Source: Legionella fairfieldensis ATCC 49588 (GTDB taxonomy: Bacteria; Pseudomonadota; Gammaproteobacteria; Legionellales; Legionellaceae). Taken from it: 24,000 bases of DNA. Numbering within the stretch: position 1 is the stretch's first letter; each line of letters opens with the position of its first letter. Below, in pieces: positions 1 through 8,756 of this stretch. The translations under genes were made by a program, and so were the position numbers. A model generated the notes under the pieces. That model worked only from the letters and a program-made list of their open reading frames with translations, did no database searches and was not told the DNA's origin. Location of the stretch: positions 27,906 to 51,905 of the forward strand of contig NZ_JHYC01000019.1 of NCBI RefSeq assembly GCF_000621525.1. Reading direction: 5' to 3'.

Positions 1-246
1 ATGCTTTACATTCTTTCGATCAGCCAAAATTCCACTAAACAATGCTGGATGTAATGTTTTAACCCGTCCATCCAATAGAGGTGAACAATTTAAATAATCT
101 TCTATCGACAATACCTCAATCTTGTTTTCGCTTAAAAATGCTGCGGTTCCTTTTGAAGCAATTAATCGTATATCAAGATTAATCAAAACCCTGGCAACCT
201 CAACCAATCCTTCTTTATTACTTACCGAAATAAACGCTGTTTTCAT
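1..246 (-). CDS. purH: Bifunctional AICAR transformylase / IMP cyclohydrolase PurH, first 82 codons only (rest lies beyond window start)
   Basis: Not in the supplied track because it runs off the edge. The minus-strand frame from ATG 246-244 is open to position 1. It reads [82 protein letters not shown]. This matches the MGS-like N-terminus of PurH, including the DGRVKTLHP motif (E. coli: ALLSVSDKAGIVEF...MDGRVKTLHPKVHGGIL). Confidence 0.8.
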   Translation of the reverse strand, partial: MKTAFISVSNKEGLVEVARVLINLDIRLIASKGTAAFLSENKIEVLSIEDYLNCSPLLDGRVKTLHPALFSGILADRKNVKH

Positions 247-854
247 AACATTTGCCTCTGTTTCAACAGACTATTGACCTCTTTCAGAGATATTTGTTTT
301 GCAATCAATAATACTAGAAGGTGATATAATAAATCCGCCGTTTCATTGATTGTTTCCTTTTTGTCACCGCAACTTGCCGCAAGAGCAACCTCAACGCCTT
401 CTTCACCGACCTTTTGTGCAATCCGCTTCAATCCTTGATCAAATAACTGAGTCGTATAATGTTGATCTGGTCTCTCTTGATATCTGGAAAGAATGACTTT
501 CTCAAGCTCAACTAAAGCAGAAAATACGGCAGAATAAGCACCAAAACAGCTCGGTTGATTTAAATGGCAACAAGGACCTTTAATTTCAGCCAGAATAAGT
601 AAGGCATCGTTATCACAGTCAGTTAAAATTTGCACCACTTGAAGTATATGGCCTGATGTCTCACCTTTCATCCATAGCCGTTTCTTTGTTCGACTATAAA
701 AGGTAACTTGTCCGGTTTCACACGTTGAATCAAGCGCCTCTTGATTCATATAACCTAACATTAAGACTTGACCTGTTTGATTATCCTGAATAATAACGGG
801 CAATAGATCGTTTATTTTTTTCCAATCAATATCAGAAGGATTAAATGCTGTCAT
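243..854 (-). CDS. hisI: Bifunctional phosphoribosyl-AMP cyclohydrolase / phosphoribosyl-ATP pyrophosphatase (HisIE fusion)
   Basis: 203-aa ORF. The N-terminal half is HisI-like ([27 protein letters not shown]). The C-terminal half is HisE-like (helical, [13 protein letters not shown]...YTTQLF...KVGEE). It is last in the his gene order, and its ATG overlaps the hisF stop (ATGA at 851-854). Confidence 0.93.
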   Translation of the reverse strand: MTAFNPSDIDWKKINDLLPVIIQDNQTGQVLMLGYMNQEALDSTCETGQVTFYSRTKKRLWMKGETSGHILQVVQILTDCDNDALLILAEIKGPCCHLNQPSCFGAYSAVFSALVELEKVILSRYQERPDQHYTTQLFDQGLKRIAQKVGEEGVEVALAASCGDKKETINETADLLYHLLVLLIAKQISLKEVNSLLKQRQML

Positions 855-1618
855 AATCTCACCACGATTTGTTGTTGTGCTAAAAATTTCTTTAAATCAC
901 GAATGGACAATTCTCTCTCGTGAAATATGCTTGCAGCCAATGCACCATCAACCTGTGTCTCCTTAAATGCATCCAAAAAATCTTGTGCGCTGCCTGCGCC
1001 ACCAGAAGCAATTAAAGGAGTATGGGTTAACTCGCGAACCTTTTTTAATTGCGCCAGGTCATAACCCTTTTTTACACCGTCCTGATTCATGCAATTCAAT
1101 ACAATTTCACCCGCGCCTAATGCCTGTATTTCTTGCACCCATTCGATGGTTTTTCGGCCTGTTTTTTGTGTCTTTGCTATAGAACCCGTGTATTGATAAA
1201 CTTCATAATCCTGCTCGTTTTTAAAGCTATCAATACCCACGACAATGGATTGGCTGCCAAACTCCTGAGCTAGCTCACGGATTAATTGAGGTCTTTCTAA
1301 TGCAGGGGAGTTAATGGAAATTTTATCAGCTCCTGCTTTAAATGCCGTTCTTGCATCAGAAACTGATCGGATGCCTCCTGCAACACAAAAGGGGATATCG
1401 AGCAATTGGGAAACACGCGTTATCCAATCCTTATCAAGCATTCTGTTCTCGCTACTTGCGGTAATGTCATAAAAAACCAATTCGTCTGCGCCCTGATCTC
1501 TATAAAAAACAGCATGTTCTTCAATACTCCCAAGATCACGATGATTACGAAATTGAACGCCTTTCACGACACGCCCCTCTTTGACATCCAGACAAGGGAT
1601 TATTCGTACACTTAACAT
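851..1618 (-). CDS. hisF: Imidazole glycerol phosphate synthase cyclase subunit HisF
   Basis: 255 aa. Motifs [35 protein letters not shown] and ASGGAG are typical of the HisF (beta/alpha)8 barrel. It sits in the operon after hisA. Confidence 0.96.
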   Translation of the reverse strand: MLSVRIIPCLDVKEGRVVKGVQFRNHRDLGSIEEHAVFYRDQGADELVFYDITASSENRMLDKDWITRVSQLLDIPFCVAGGIRSVSDARTAFKAGADKISINSPALERPQLIRELAQEFGSQSIVVGIDSFKNEQDYEVYQYTGSIAKTQKTGRKTIEWVQEIQALGAGEIVLNCMNQDGVKKGYDLAQLKKVRELTHTPLIASGGAGSAQDFLDAFKETQVDGALAASIFHERELSIRDLKKFLAQQQIVVRL

Positions 1619-2337
1619 GATAAAGCCTCTGACAACTCAAATTTTTTCTCATACAGCGCCCGCCCCATAATGGCACCTGCCAAATTGAGGTTTTTAAGAC
1701 GGGTAATATCATCAAGCTGACTAATACCCCCTGATGCTTGAATTTTGAGTGTTGGAAATGTCGTGATCATCTGTTGATATAAATCAATATTCGGCCCATT
1801 TAAGGCTCCATCTCTGCTGATATCAGTACAAAGAACATGTTTGACACCAACGTCTGAGAAATGACTCACTACGTCAAACAAAGCAATCTTATTAAGTTTT
1901 TGCCAGGCTTCAGTCATCACATAAGGAGTAATCCCATCAAAAGTAACATCGAATGCCAGGACGATTTGTTCAGCTCCATAATGTTTTAACCAGGTTTCTA
2001 CCAGTTGAGGTGACTCTATAGCCAAACTACCAATAACAACTCTTTTTGCACCCGCTGCCAAATAAGTATCAATCTGGGATCTTGTTCTGATACCTCCACC
2101 GATTTGAATCTTGATGGGAATAAGCCGTAATAATTCTTTGATGAGACTTGCTTGATTTGCCCCGGGATTTTTAGCACCCTCCAAATCAACCAGATGCAAC
2201 CAGGTAGCTCCTTGATCTAAAAATTGTTTTGCAGTATCAAAAGGAGACTCACTGTAAATTGTCTCACAGGCGTAATTTCCCTGGTATAAACGCACACACT
2301 TACCAGCCCGAATATCAATAGCAGGATAAATAATCAT
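1612..2337 (-). CDS. hisA: ProFAR isomerase HisA
   Basis: 241 aa. Motifs [36 protein letters not shown] and ASGGIS. It overlaps hisH (ATGA at 2334-2337) and hisF (7 nt). Confidence 0.95.
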   Translation of the reverse strand: MIIYPAIDIRAGKCVRLYQGNYACETIYSESPFDTAKQFLDQGATWLHLVDLEGAKNPGANQASLIKELLRLIPIKIQIGGGIRTRSQIDTYLAAGAKRVVIGSLAIESPQLVETWLKHYGAEQIVLAFDVTFDGITPYVMTEAWQKLNKIALFDVVSHFSDVGVKHVLCTDISRDGALNGPNIDLYQQMITTFPTLKIQASGGISQLDDITRLKNLNLAGAIMGRALYEKKFELSEALSC

Positions 2338-2927
2338 ACAGCTTGCTCCAAAAAATTTTTTAATAGTTGACTACCTGTTGTTCCCGAACGCTCTGGATGA
2401 AACTGTACACCCATAAAATTGCGATGCTGTACCGCGGCAGAGAAAGAGAAGCCGTACTCTGTTTCTGCAATGGTATTGCCAGAAACAGGTACGGCAAAAT
2501 TATGGACATAATAAACATAGGCTTCTTGAGGAATACCTTGCATCAACACGGAAGAGGCACAAATTTTAATCGTATTCCAACCCATGTGAGGCAAACGACA
2601 ATTAGCAGCAGACGATAGCTTTTTGACAGTACCTTTCAAAATACCCAAACAGGTTGTTGTTTCTTCTTCCGAAAACTCAAATAAAATTTGCATGCCCACA
2701 CAAATTCCAAGAACTGGTTTGGTTGTTGCTTTTAATGCATCCACCAATCCCAAAGTATTCAACCGGGTCATGACGGTTTCTGCTGATCCAACCCCTGGTA
2801 AAATAATATGACTGGCCTGATCGATATCCTTCATAGCTCCGCTTACTGTCACTTTTTTACCTAAACGCACTATAGCATTGCTAATCGAGGCCAAATTAGC
2901 CCCGCCACTATCAACAATAACAATCAT
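2334..2927 (-). CDS. hisH: Imidazole glycerol phosphate synthase glutamine amidotransferase subunit HisH
   Basis: The track ORF runs 2334..2966. I place the start at the internal ATG 2927-2925 (MIVIVDSGGANLASI...), which matches HisH N-termini and forms an ATGA overlap with the hisB stop (2924-2926). The class-I GATase triad context is present (LGICVGMQ, VQFHPERS). Confidence 0.92.
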   Translation of the reverse strand: MIVIVDSGGANLASISNAIVRLGKKVTVSGAMKDIDQASHIILPGVGSAETVMTRLNTLGLVDALKATTKPVLGICVGMQILFEFSEEETTTCLGILKGTVKKLSSAANCRLPHMGWNTIKICASSVLMQGIPQEAYVYYVHNFAVPVSGNTIAETEYGFSFSAAVQHRNFMGVQFHPERSGTTGSQLLKNFLEQAV

Positions 2928-3991
2928 AAGATCCCCTTCGTACTCGGAATGCCAATACCATCGCATTGTTTTGCCTGACGAAATGCTCGCGCAAATCCTT
3001 TAAATAAACACTCTACCTGATGGTGGGCATTGCTTCCGCGCATTCTTAAATGCAATGTTGCCTTTAATGAACAGGCGAGTGATTGAAAAAAGTGGGCGAT
3101 CATTTCTGTGGGCAGATCACCAACTCGCTCGCGAGAAAAATCCCCTTCAAAAACAAAATAAGGACGCCCGCTTAAATCAAGTGCTACTTCCACAATGGCC
3201 TCATCCATTGGTAATAAAAATCCATAACGATTTGCACCGCACTTATCCCCTAAGGCTTGGCGCAGCACTTCGCCCAGAACGATGGCCGTATCTTCTATTA
3301 AATGGTGCTCATCGACTTCCAGGTCACCGACCGCTTTTAACTCAAGACTGATACCAGCATGACGCGCAAGCTGCTCCAGCATGTGATCAAAAAAGGCAAG
3401 ACCGGTATCGATAGTGAGAAATTGTTCTTTATCCAAATCCACCGAAGCCTCTATCATCGTTTCAGACGTTTTGCGCTCTAATCTGGCAACACGATTCTTA
3501 TTCTCTATTTGCGCGACGATCGCTGCCCAGTTATTCTGCTTTTTATGATACAAAAAACCCTTGAGTCGCATTTTTTTTGCCAACAGGCAATCTGTTTCTC
3601 TATCGCCAATCACATAGGAACGTTGACGATCCAAATCAGGCATCGCTAAATAATCAAGCACCAGACCAAGGTTGGGTTTCCTGCATTCACATTCATCAGA
3701 CTCCCAATGTGGACAGATATGGATAGCGTCAAAAGTAATGCCTTGCGAACTCAAAAGACTCAATAATTTTTCCTGAACACGATCAAATTGCGCTTGCGGA
3801 TACCGACTACTACCTAACCCATCCTGATTACTGAGCATTACAAAACGATACCCTCGTGATTTCAGCTGCAATAAGGCAGGAATTACTTCAGGTTCCAGCT
3901 CTAATTTTTCCAATGAATCGATTTGCTTATCGACTGGTTCATCAATGAGTGTGCCATCTCTGTCAATAAAGAGAATTTTTTGTTTAGACAT
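2924..3991 (-). CDS. hisB: Bifunctional histidinol-phosphatase / imidazoleglycerol-phosphate dehydratase HisB
   Basis: 355 aa. The N-terminal part is a HAD phosphatase (ILFIDRDGTLI, VMLSNQDG, CECRKP). The C-terminal part is IGPD (ETMIEASVDLD, GDLEVDEHHLIED, NAHHQVE). Confidence 0.95.
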   Translation of the reverse strand: MSKQKILFIDRDGTLIDEPVDKQIDSLEKLELEPEVIPALLQLKSRGYRFVMLSNQDGLGSSRYPQAQFDRVQEKLLSLLSSQGITFDAIHICPHWESDECECRKPNLGLVLDYLAMPDLDRQRSYVIGDRETDCLLAKKMRLKGFLYHKKQNNWAAIVAQIENKNRVARLERKTSETMIEASVDLDKEQFLTIDTGLAFFDHMLEQLARHAGISLELKAVGDLEVDEHHLIEDTAIVLGEVLRQALGDKCGANRYGFLLPMDEAIVEVALDLSGRPYFVFEGDFSRERVGDLPTEMIAHFFQSLACSLKATLHLRMRGSNAHHQVECLFKGFARAFRQAKQCDGIGIPSTKGIL

Positions 3992-5036
3992 AAGAGAGTA
4001 CCTCTTTTAAACGTTTATTTTCTTCATCTGTGCCTACGCTAATGCGTACACAATTGTGAAGCCCGAGAAGATGGACTCGCGAGCGAATAATGATTTGATG
4101 TGCTTTGCAGGTATCCATCCATTTTGACGCATCATGGACTTTAACCAGTAAAAAATTAGCTTGAGAGGAATACACGCACTCTACTGAGGGAAGACCGATG
4201 AGAAAGTCCCGCAACTTTTCTCGTTCTCTTCTTATATTTTGAATTTGAGCATGTACTATTGCCTGATGTTCTATCGATAACACCTCCATCGCTGCTCGCT
4301 CTACCGGGATGGGAATCGGATAGGGAGCAATCACTTTCATGAGTAACTTAATTACCTCTTGATTCGCAATCAGCGCGCCTATCCGGGCGCCGGCCAAACC
4401 AAATGCTTTTGAAAGTGTTCGTAAGATTACTAAATTGGGATATTGGGATACAAAATCACTCATGCTCTTTGTGGTTGAAAATTCAATATAAGCCTCATCG
4501 AGCACCACTAAAGCCTGATTTTGAAGAGCTTTGCATAGTGTTAGCACTTCATTACTATCTAAAACATTTCCAGTTGGATTATTAGGTGAACATAAAAAAA
4601 TTAATTTTATAGCGGAATTTCGTTGATTTAAAATAGTATCTTTATTCAAAGCAAACCCGGCATCTTGCTCTAAAGGTACCTTAATAATACGTACCCCCTG
4701 AATATTGGCGGCAACTTCGTACATACCGTAAGTAGGTGGAGTAATGACAATAGCCTCTTTATTTGCTTCGCAAAACGAGCGTATTAATAAGTCAATTCCT
4801 TCATCACTTCCTCGCGTCATCAGAAGTTGTGCTGGTTCCACATCATATAGGTTTGCAAACATCTGCCGTAATAAAACGGGTTGAGGACAGGGGTATCGAT
4901 TTAATCCATCTGGACGCATAAAGGGATTCTCATTAGCATCCAGATGTATTCCTTCCTGTAGGCTTTCTAGCCGTGCTGAACTATAGGGAACCAGTTTTTG
5001 TATGGATTCTCTCGCGAGGTGAATAATAGATCCCAT
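3984..5036 (-). CDS. hisC: Histidinol-phosphate aminotransferase (operon copy, E. coli-type HisC)
   Basis: 350 aa. Motifs LVPYSSAR, LDANENP, NRYPCPQP, CSPNNPTG, VLDEAYIEF, LRTLSKAFGLAG (PLP lysine) and LMKVIAPYP track E. coli HisC closely. Its ATG shares 1 nt with the hisD stop (TAATG at 5034-5038). Confidence 0.92.
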   Translation of the reverse strand: MGSIIHLARESIQKLVPYSSARLESLQEGIHLDANENPFMRPDGLNRYPCPQPVLLRQMFANLYDVEPAQLLMTRGSDEGIDLLIRSFCEANKEAIVITPPTYGMYEVAANIQGVRIIKVPLEQDAGFALNKDTILNQRNSAIKLIFLCSPNNPTGNVLDSNEVLTLCKALQNQALVVLDEAYIEFSTTKSMSDFVSQYPNLVILRTLSKAFGLAGARIGALIANQEVIKLLMKVIAPYPIPIPVERAAMEVLSIEHQAIVHAQIQNIRREREKLRDFLIGLPSVECVYSSQANFLLVKVHDASKWMDTCKAHQIIIRSRVHLLGLHNCVRISVGTDEENKRLKEVLSYV

Positions 5037-6343
5037 TATTCACCTCGCGCTGCTTGTAATCGGATATCAATTGCTTTCTGGTGCGCATCCAAACCTTCAA
5101 TATCCGTCATAACACGTATTGTTTCAGCAATCGATGAAAGTCCCTCCTGAGTGAGCTCCTGAACGGACATCGTTCTCATAAAATCCTGCACGGACAAGCC
5201 ACTGCAAGCTCTTGAGAATCCCGCTGTAGGTAAAACATGGTTTGTTCCACTCGCATAATCGCCGGCTGATTCCGGTGAATACGATCCTAAAAATATAGAG
5301 CCTGCAGTAGCAATTAATGACAAATAATGTCTTGGATTGGCTAATTGCAAAATTAAATGCTCGGGTGCATAGTCGTTTGCAATGGTTATTGCTTCATTTT
5401 GATTTTCTACAATAATACATACGCTGTTTTGCAGTGACCGAGCTGCTATATTGGCTCTTGACAAAGCATTTAATTGAATTTCAAGTTGTTGATTGACAGC
5501 CTTTGCAAAAGATTCACTCATGCAAACCAATACAGCCTGCGAATCTTCGCCATGTTCTGCCTGAGAGAGTAAATCCGCGGCGACAAATTGGGGATTTGCT
5601 TCCTCATCTGCAATAACCATCACTTCAGAAGGACCGGCGGGCATATCCAGTTGTGCGCCATGCGGGTCGAGTGAAACCAGCATTTTCGCCTGGGTTACCC
5701 AACGATTTCCCGGCCCAAAAATTTTATCGACCTTGGGAATACTTTCTGTACCGTAAGCCATTGCTGCAATAGCCTGCGCGCCTCCAATTTTGAAAACATC
5801 CTGTATGCCGCAAAGACGTGCTGCAACCAATATATGAGGATCAATTGTTCCTGTCTGATTGGGGGGCGTGCACACTATACGTAATGGACAATCTGCCAAA
5901 CGTGATGGAACACCTGACATCAATACGGTAGATACCAACGGTGCGCTGCCGGCAGGTACATACATACCCACCCGTTGAATGGGAACAACGAGACGTTCGC
6001 ACATAATACCTGGTGATGTTTCGACCGTATAATTTGAAATTTTTTGTGGTTGATGAAAAGCAGTCAATTGCGAGATGACACGGTCCAATGCCTGAATCAC
6101 TGAAGGCTGCACCCGATTCATTGCCGCATCAAACTCTTCCTGAGTGACCCGTAAAGTACTCAGACGCACTTTATCAAATTGTTGCGTTAATGAAAAAAGA
6201 GCCTTGTCACCTTGCGTTTGAACTTTTTTAATCAGATCACTTACTTGCTTTGTTTCTTGAAACAACGATGCGCCAGGTCTTTGTAACAGCGTTTTTTTCT
6301 GATCGTTGGATAATTTATTCCAAAATAACGGCTTTAACATCAT
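5036..6343 (-). CDS. hisD: Histidinol dehydrogenase HisD
   Basis: 435 aa. Motifs VGMYVPAGSAPL.STVLM, IFGPGN.WV, AGPSEV.VIAD, LLSQAEHG and YASGTNHVLPT.G are typical of HisD. Confidence 0.95.
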   Translation of the reverse strand: MMLKPLFWNKLSNDQKKTLLQRPGASLFQETKQVSDLIKKVQTQGDKALFSLTQQFDKVRLSTLRVTQEEFDAAMNRVQPSVIQALDRVISQLTAFHQPQKISNYTVETSPGIMCERLVVPIQRVGMYVPAGSAPLVSTVLMSGVPSRLADCPLRIVCTPPNQTGTIDPHILVAARLCGIQDVFKIGGAQAIAAMAYGTESIPKVDKIFGPGNRWVTQAKMLVSLDPHGAQLDMPAGPSEVMVIADEEANPQFVAADLLSQAEHGEDSQAVLVCMSESFAKAVNQQLEIQLNALSRANIAARSLQNSVCIIVENQNEAITIANDYAPEHLILQLANPRHYLSLIATAGSIFLGSYSPESAGDYASGTNHVLPTAGFSRACSGLSVQDFMRTMSVQELTQEGLSSIAETIRVMTDIEGLDAHQKAIDIRLQAARGE

Positions 6344-6349
6344 TTTCTC

Positions 6350-7234
6350 CTACACCAGCATTTTTTCAATGGGTAAAACCAGGATAGAAGTAGCGCCTAA
6401 ATGCTTAATACGCTCCAGGGTATCCCAAAAAATTTGCTCTCTTGAAACAACATGTACCGCTACTTTATCTTGTGATTCACTTAAAGGCAGTACGGTTGGC
6501 ATTTCCGCCCCCGGCAAGCATTCACAAATGTTTTTAAGGGCTGAGATGGGGGCGTGAAATAGAATGTATTTTCGCGTATCCGCCTCATTGACAGCCTCCA
6601 TGCGCCGAAGCAGCATCTCTAGTAATTGTCCTTTTTGCAGATCCAATGGCTTCATCGTTTGAATAAATGTTGCCTCACTGTGAAGAACAGTATCAACTTC
6701 CAACAGTTTATTTTCCTCCAGCGTTTGACCTGTGGACACCAAATCACAAATCACATCGGCCATACCCATTCGAGGTGCCATTTCTACGGAACCGGAAAGC
6801 ACAACACATTCTGCAACCACTGCATGTTGATTGAGATAAGCCCGTAATAGATTAGGATAGCTGGTCGCAACCCGTTTTCCATGGAGACTCTGCGGACCTT
6901 GCCAATCAAATTGCAAAGGTACTGCAAGGGATAGGCGACAAACACAAACGTTCAGTTTTGCAAGTCGTTGATACTGATAACTATCAGATTCCACCGTCTT
7001 TTCCAAGAGCACGTTCTCCCCAACGATTCCCGCATCACATAAACCATCAAATACCAAAGTAGGAATGTCATCATCACGGACAAACAGCAAATCAATGGGA
7101 AAATTATCAACATGGGCCAGCAAACCATTCTTTTTCAATCGAAACTGTAATCCGCACTGTTTCAATAAAAAAAGTGAATCCTCTGCAAGTCGACCTTTCT
7201 TCTGTAAGGCTATTCTCAATCGCGTATTCATCAT
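6350..7234 (-). CDS. hisG: ATP phosphoribosyltransferase, long form (HisG with C-terminal regulatory domain)
   Basis: 294 aa. Motifs LRIALQKKGRL, DIPTLV.DG..DAGIVGEN, VATSYPNL and DLVSTGQTL, plus a C-terminal ~75-aa extension typical of long-form HisG (so no HisZ is needed). It is the first gene of the operon. Confidence 0.93.
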   Translation of the reverse strand: MMNTRLRIALQKKGRLAEDSLFLLKQCGLQFRLKKNGLLAHVDNFPIDLLFVRDDDIPTLVFDGLCDAGIVGENVLLEKTVESDSYQYQRLAKLNVCVCRLSLAVPLQFDWQGPQSLHGKRVATSYPNLLRAYLNQHAVVAECVVLSGSVEMAPRMGMADVICDLVSTGQTLEENKLLEVDTVLHSEATFIQTMKPLDLQKGQLLEMLLRRMEAVNEADTRKYILFHAPISALKNICECLPGAEMPTVLPLSESQDKVAVHVVSREQIFWDTLERIKHLGATSILVLPIEKMLV

Positions 7235-7257
7235 TCTGCTCGCATGTAATTATGTAA

Positions 7258-7283
7258 TAATGTTCTAATATGATATAACATTA
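7258..7283. promoter_or_regulatory. Candidate operator: inverted repeat TAATGTT-N12-AACATTA between the predicted his promoter and the hisG ATG
   Basis: Read directly: 7258-7264 is TAATGTT and 7277-7283 is AACATTA (exact reverse complements), separated by the 12-nt spacer CTAATATGATAT. It lies immediately downstream of the predicted -10 element and 24-49 nt upstream of the hisG start. Confidence 0.35.
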
Positions 7284-7287
7284 GCAC

Positions 7288-7317
7288 ATAATAACACCCG
7301 AATTAAAAAAATGTCAA
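7288..7317 (-). promoter_or_regulatory. Candidate sigma70 promoter of the his operon (TTGACA-N18-TATTAT)
   Basis: On the minus strand there is a perfect -35 TTGACA (7317-7312), an 18-nt spacer, and a -10 TATTAT (7293-7288, 5/6 match). It lies in the 130-bp gap between the YerC-like gene and hisG. Confidence 0.4.
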
Positions 7318-7364
7318 TGATTTAGACAATCAAGAATAGCGTTTAAAGAGAGATGGGAAGATAT

Positions 7365-7652
7365 TTAAGCGTGATCGAGTCTGTCAGCGATGAGAGAATA
7401 CCCTCCCTCACCCAAGTTAATACAACGGGCAATACGAGTAATTGTTGCAACACTCACCCCTGTGCGTTCATGAATTGTACGATAGGGAATACCTAATCGA
7501 ACCATAGGAACCACTTGCCAGCGGTCAGCCATTGCTTCCAGTTCCGCAGGCGTACATAGATCAGTAAAAAAACGCAAGGCCTCTTCCTGATTTTCTATCA
7601 GGGAAACAGCATGCATTAATTCAGCTATTTTTGAATTCAGTTTTTTAGTCAT
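7365..7652 (-). CDS. TrpR-fold transcriptional regulator, YerC/YecD family (candidate histidine-operon repressor)
   Basis: 95 aa. The stretch EEALRFFTDLCTPAELEAMADRWQVV...YRTIHERTGVSVATITRIARCINLGEGGY matches the YerC/YecD subfamily of the Trp-repressor fold (HTH TGxSxATITR, then RC.N.G..GY). Confidence 0.8.
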   Translation of the reverse strand: MTKKLNSKIAELMHAVSLIENQEEALRFFTDLCTPAELEAMADRWQVVPMVRLGIPYRTIHERTGVSVATITRIARCINLGEGGYSLIADRLDHA

Positions 7653-7895
7653 GCTCTAATGAGGTTCTATAGCGTATTAATATAATAGCACAAACCCTGG
7701 GTGACCCAAACCTCTTATGAAAAGGAATTATTTTTATCAACTCCTTTACTGTTTTATAATTGTACGATACAACGTAAATCGAGTATTTTATTAACGCATT
7801 GTGTATTTGATACCAGAAATGAAAAATTATTATTTCGAACCACTTTATGTTCTAACTTCGATCATCTTTTACAACAGACCGGATTTTATATTAAA

Positions 7896-8738
7896 ATGCG
7901 ATTTTTAAGGACATTAAAATCGATGAACTATTTACCCCAATTAACAAAAAAAATTATAAAGAAAATCCTTAAAATCTCTGTATTAATCTCCGTTTGTGTA
8001 TGTTTTCCTTTTTTTTCTTTTTTCTACTTACTCTGTGGTCTGGCCGATGTAAGTCGTAATAAACCTGCTGATTTTGATACTTTTAAACGCTATTTTACTG
8101 GCAATGGCATCTTTACCTGGTTACTCTCCCCCTTTAATTTATTTTTAGATCTGATTTCATTCAGGAATAAAGGGATTTATCAGGTGAATGATTTTCCTCA
8201 AGCTTATCAGGAAGAAATTTCCTCGTTACTCCGCGACGTTGAAGCTAATAAAGAGTTTATCAAACAAGCGATGACCAGCAGACTTGCGGAAATTGAGCGC
8301 GGCATGCTGTTTTTCAAATGGTATGGAGATAATTTAAAAACCTCGTTTGCTCTACCCTGTTTTCATAGAAAATATCAATTCATCAAAACAATCGGGGTAT
8401 CCACGTTTAATCAACATAAAGCTACTTCCACTCATTTTGGCCCCTTAAGAATCACACTCCGTTTACTTTATAATTTATCTCCCGCCAGTGAAGGAGAAAT
8501 TTATATTCAAGTGGGAGGAAAAAAACATTACTGGAAGGATAATCCTTTATTTATTTTTGATGATACCCTGCAACATCAATCAGTCAATTACTCGGATCAA
8601 ATACGGCATTGTATGTTTGTTGATATTATCAGGCCAACGAAAGTAGACAGGATATTTTCTTTGCTATTAAGGGTTTCAAAATTCATTACCTCCAAAAGTA
8701 AAGGCATTTTTTATAAAAAATGGGTTTTTCTCAAATAA
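7896..8738 (+). CDS. Aspartyl/asparaginyl beta-hydroxylase family Fe(II)/2-oxoglutarate dioxygenase (LpxO-like), membrane anchored
   Basis: The C-terminal region has an Asp/Asn-hydroxylase-like pattern: HFGPLRITLRLLYNL, IYIQVGGKKHYWKDNPLFIFDDTLQHQSVN, RHCMFVDIIRP. There is an N-terminal TM segment (ISVLISVCVCFPFFSFFYLLCGL). The track ORF starts at GTG 7701, but the first ~65 codons look non-coding. I prefer ATG 7896 (ATG 7923 is also possible). Confidence 0.7.
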   Translation: MRFLRTLKSMNYLPQLTKKIIKKILKISVLISVCVCFPFFSFFYLLCGLADVSRNKPADFDTFKRYFTGNGIFTWLLSPFNLFLDLISFRNKGIYQVNDFPQAYQEEISSLLRDVEANKEFIKQAMTSRLAEIERGMLFFKWYGDNLKTSFALPCFHRKYQFIKTIGVSTFNQHKATSTHFGPLRITLRLLYNLSPASEGEIYIQVGGKKHYWKDNPLFIFDDTLQHQSVNYSDQIRHCMFVDIIRPTKVDRIFSLLLRVSKFITSKSKGIFYKKWVFLK

Positions 8739-8756
8739 TATACGAGAGTCGGGAAG

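Noticed and set aside
2928-2966. 13-codon N-terminal extension of hisH (MRWYWHSEYEGDL...)
   Set aside because: It lies inside hisB coding sequence. The internal ATG 2927 gives the conserved HisH N-terminus (MIVIVDSGG) and an ATGA coupling overlap.
967-7268. Plus-strand ORFs of 60-98 aa inside the his genes (967..1182, 1406..1615, 2367..2618, 2623..2811, 3055..3351, 4403..4585, 6306..6557, 6626..6847, 7065..7268)
   Set aside because: All lie antisense to strongly supported his coding frames. They have no SD or family resemblance and have odd compositions, so they are shadow ORFs.
7235-7364. Histidine leader peptide / attenuator or T-box upstream of hisG
   Set aside because: There is no run of His codons on the coding strand (CAC/CAT), no small ORF, and no terminator/antiterminator hairpins in the 130-bp gap.
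7701-7895. GTG-initiated 65-codon N-terminal extension of the LpxO-like ORF
   Set aside because: The translation is Cys/Phe/Leu-rich with no family resemblance, and the DNA is AT-rich and promoter-like. The conserved protein begins with the basic + TM segment after ATG 7896/7923.
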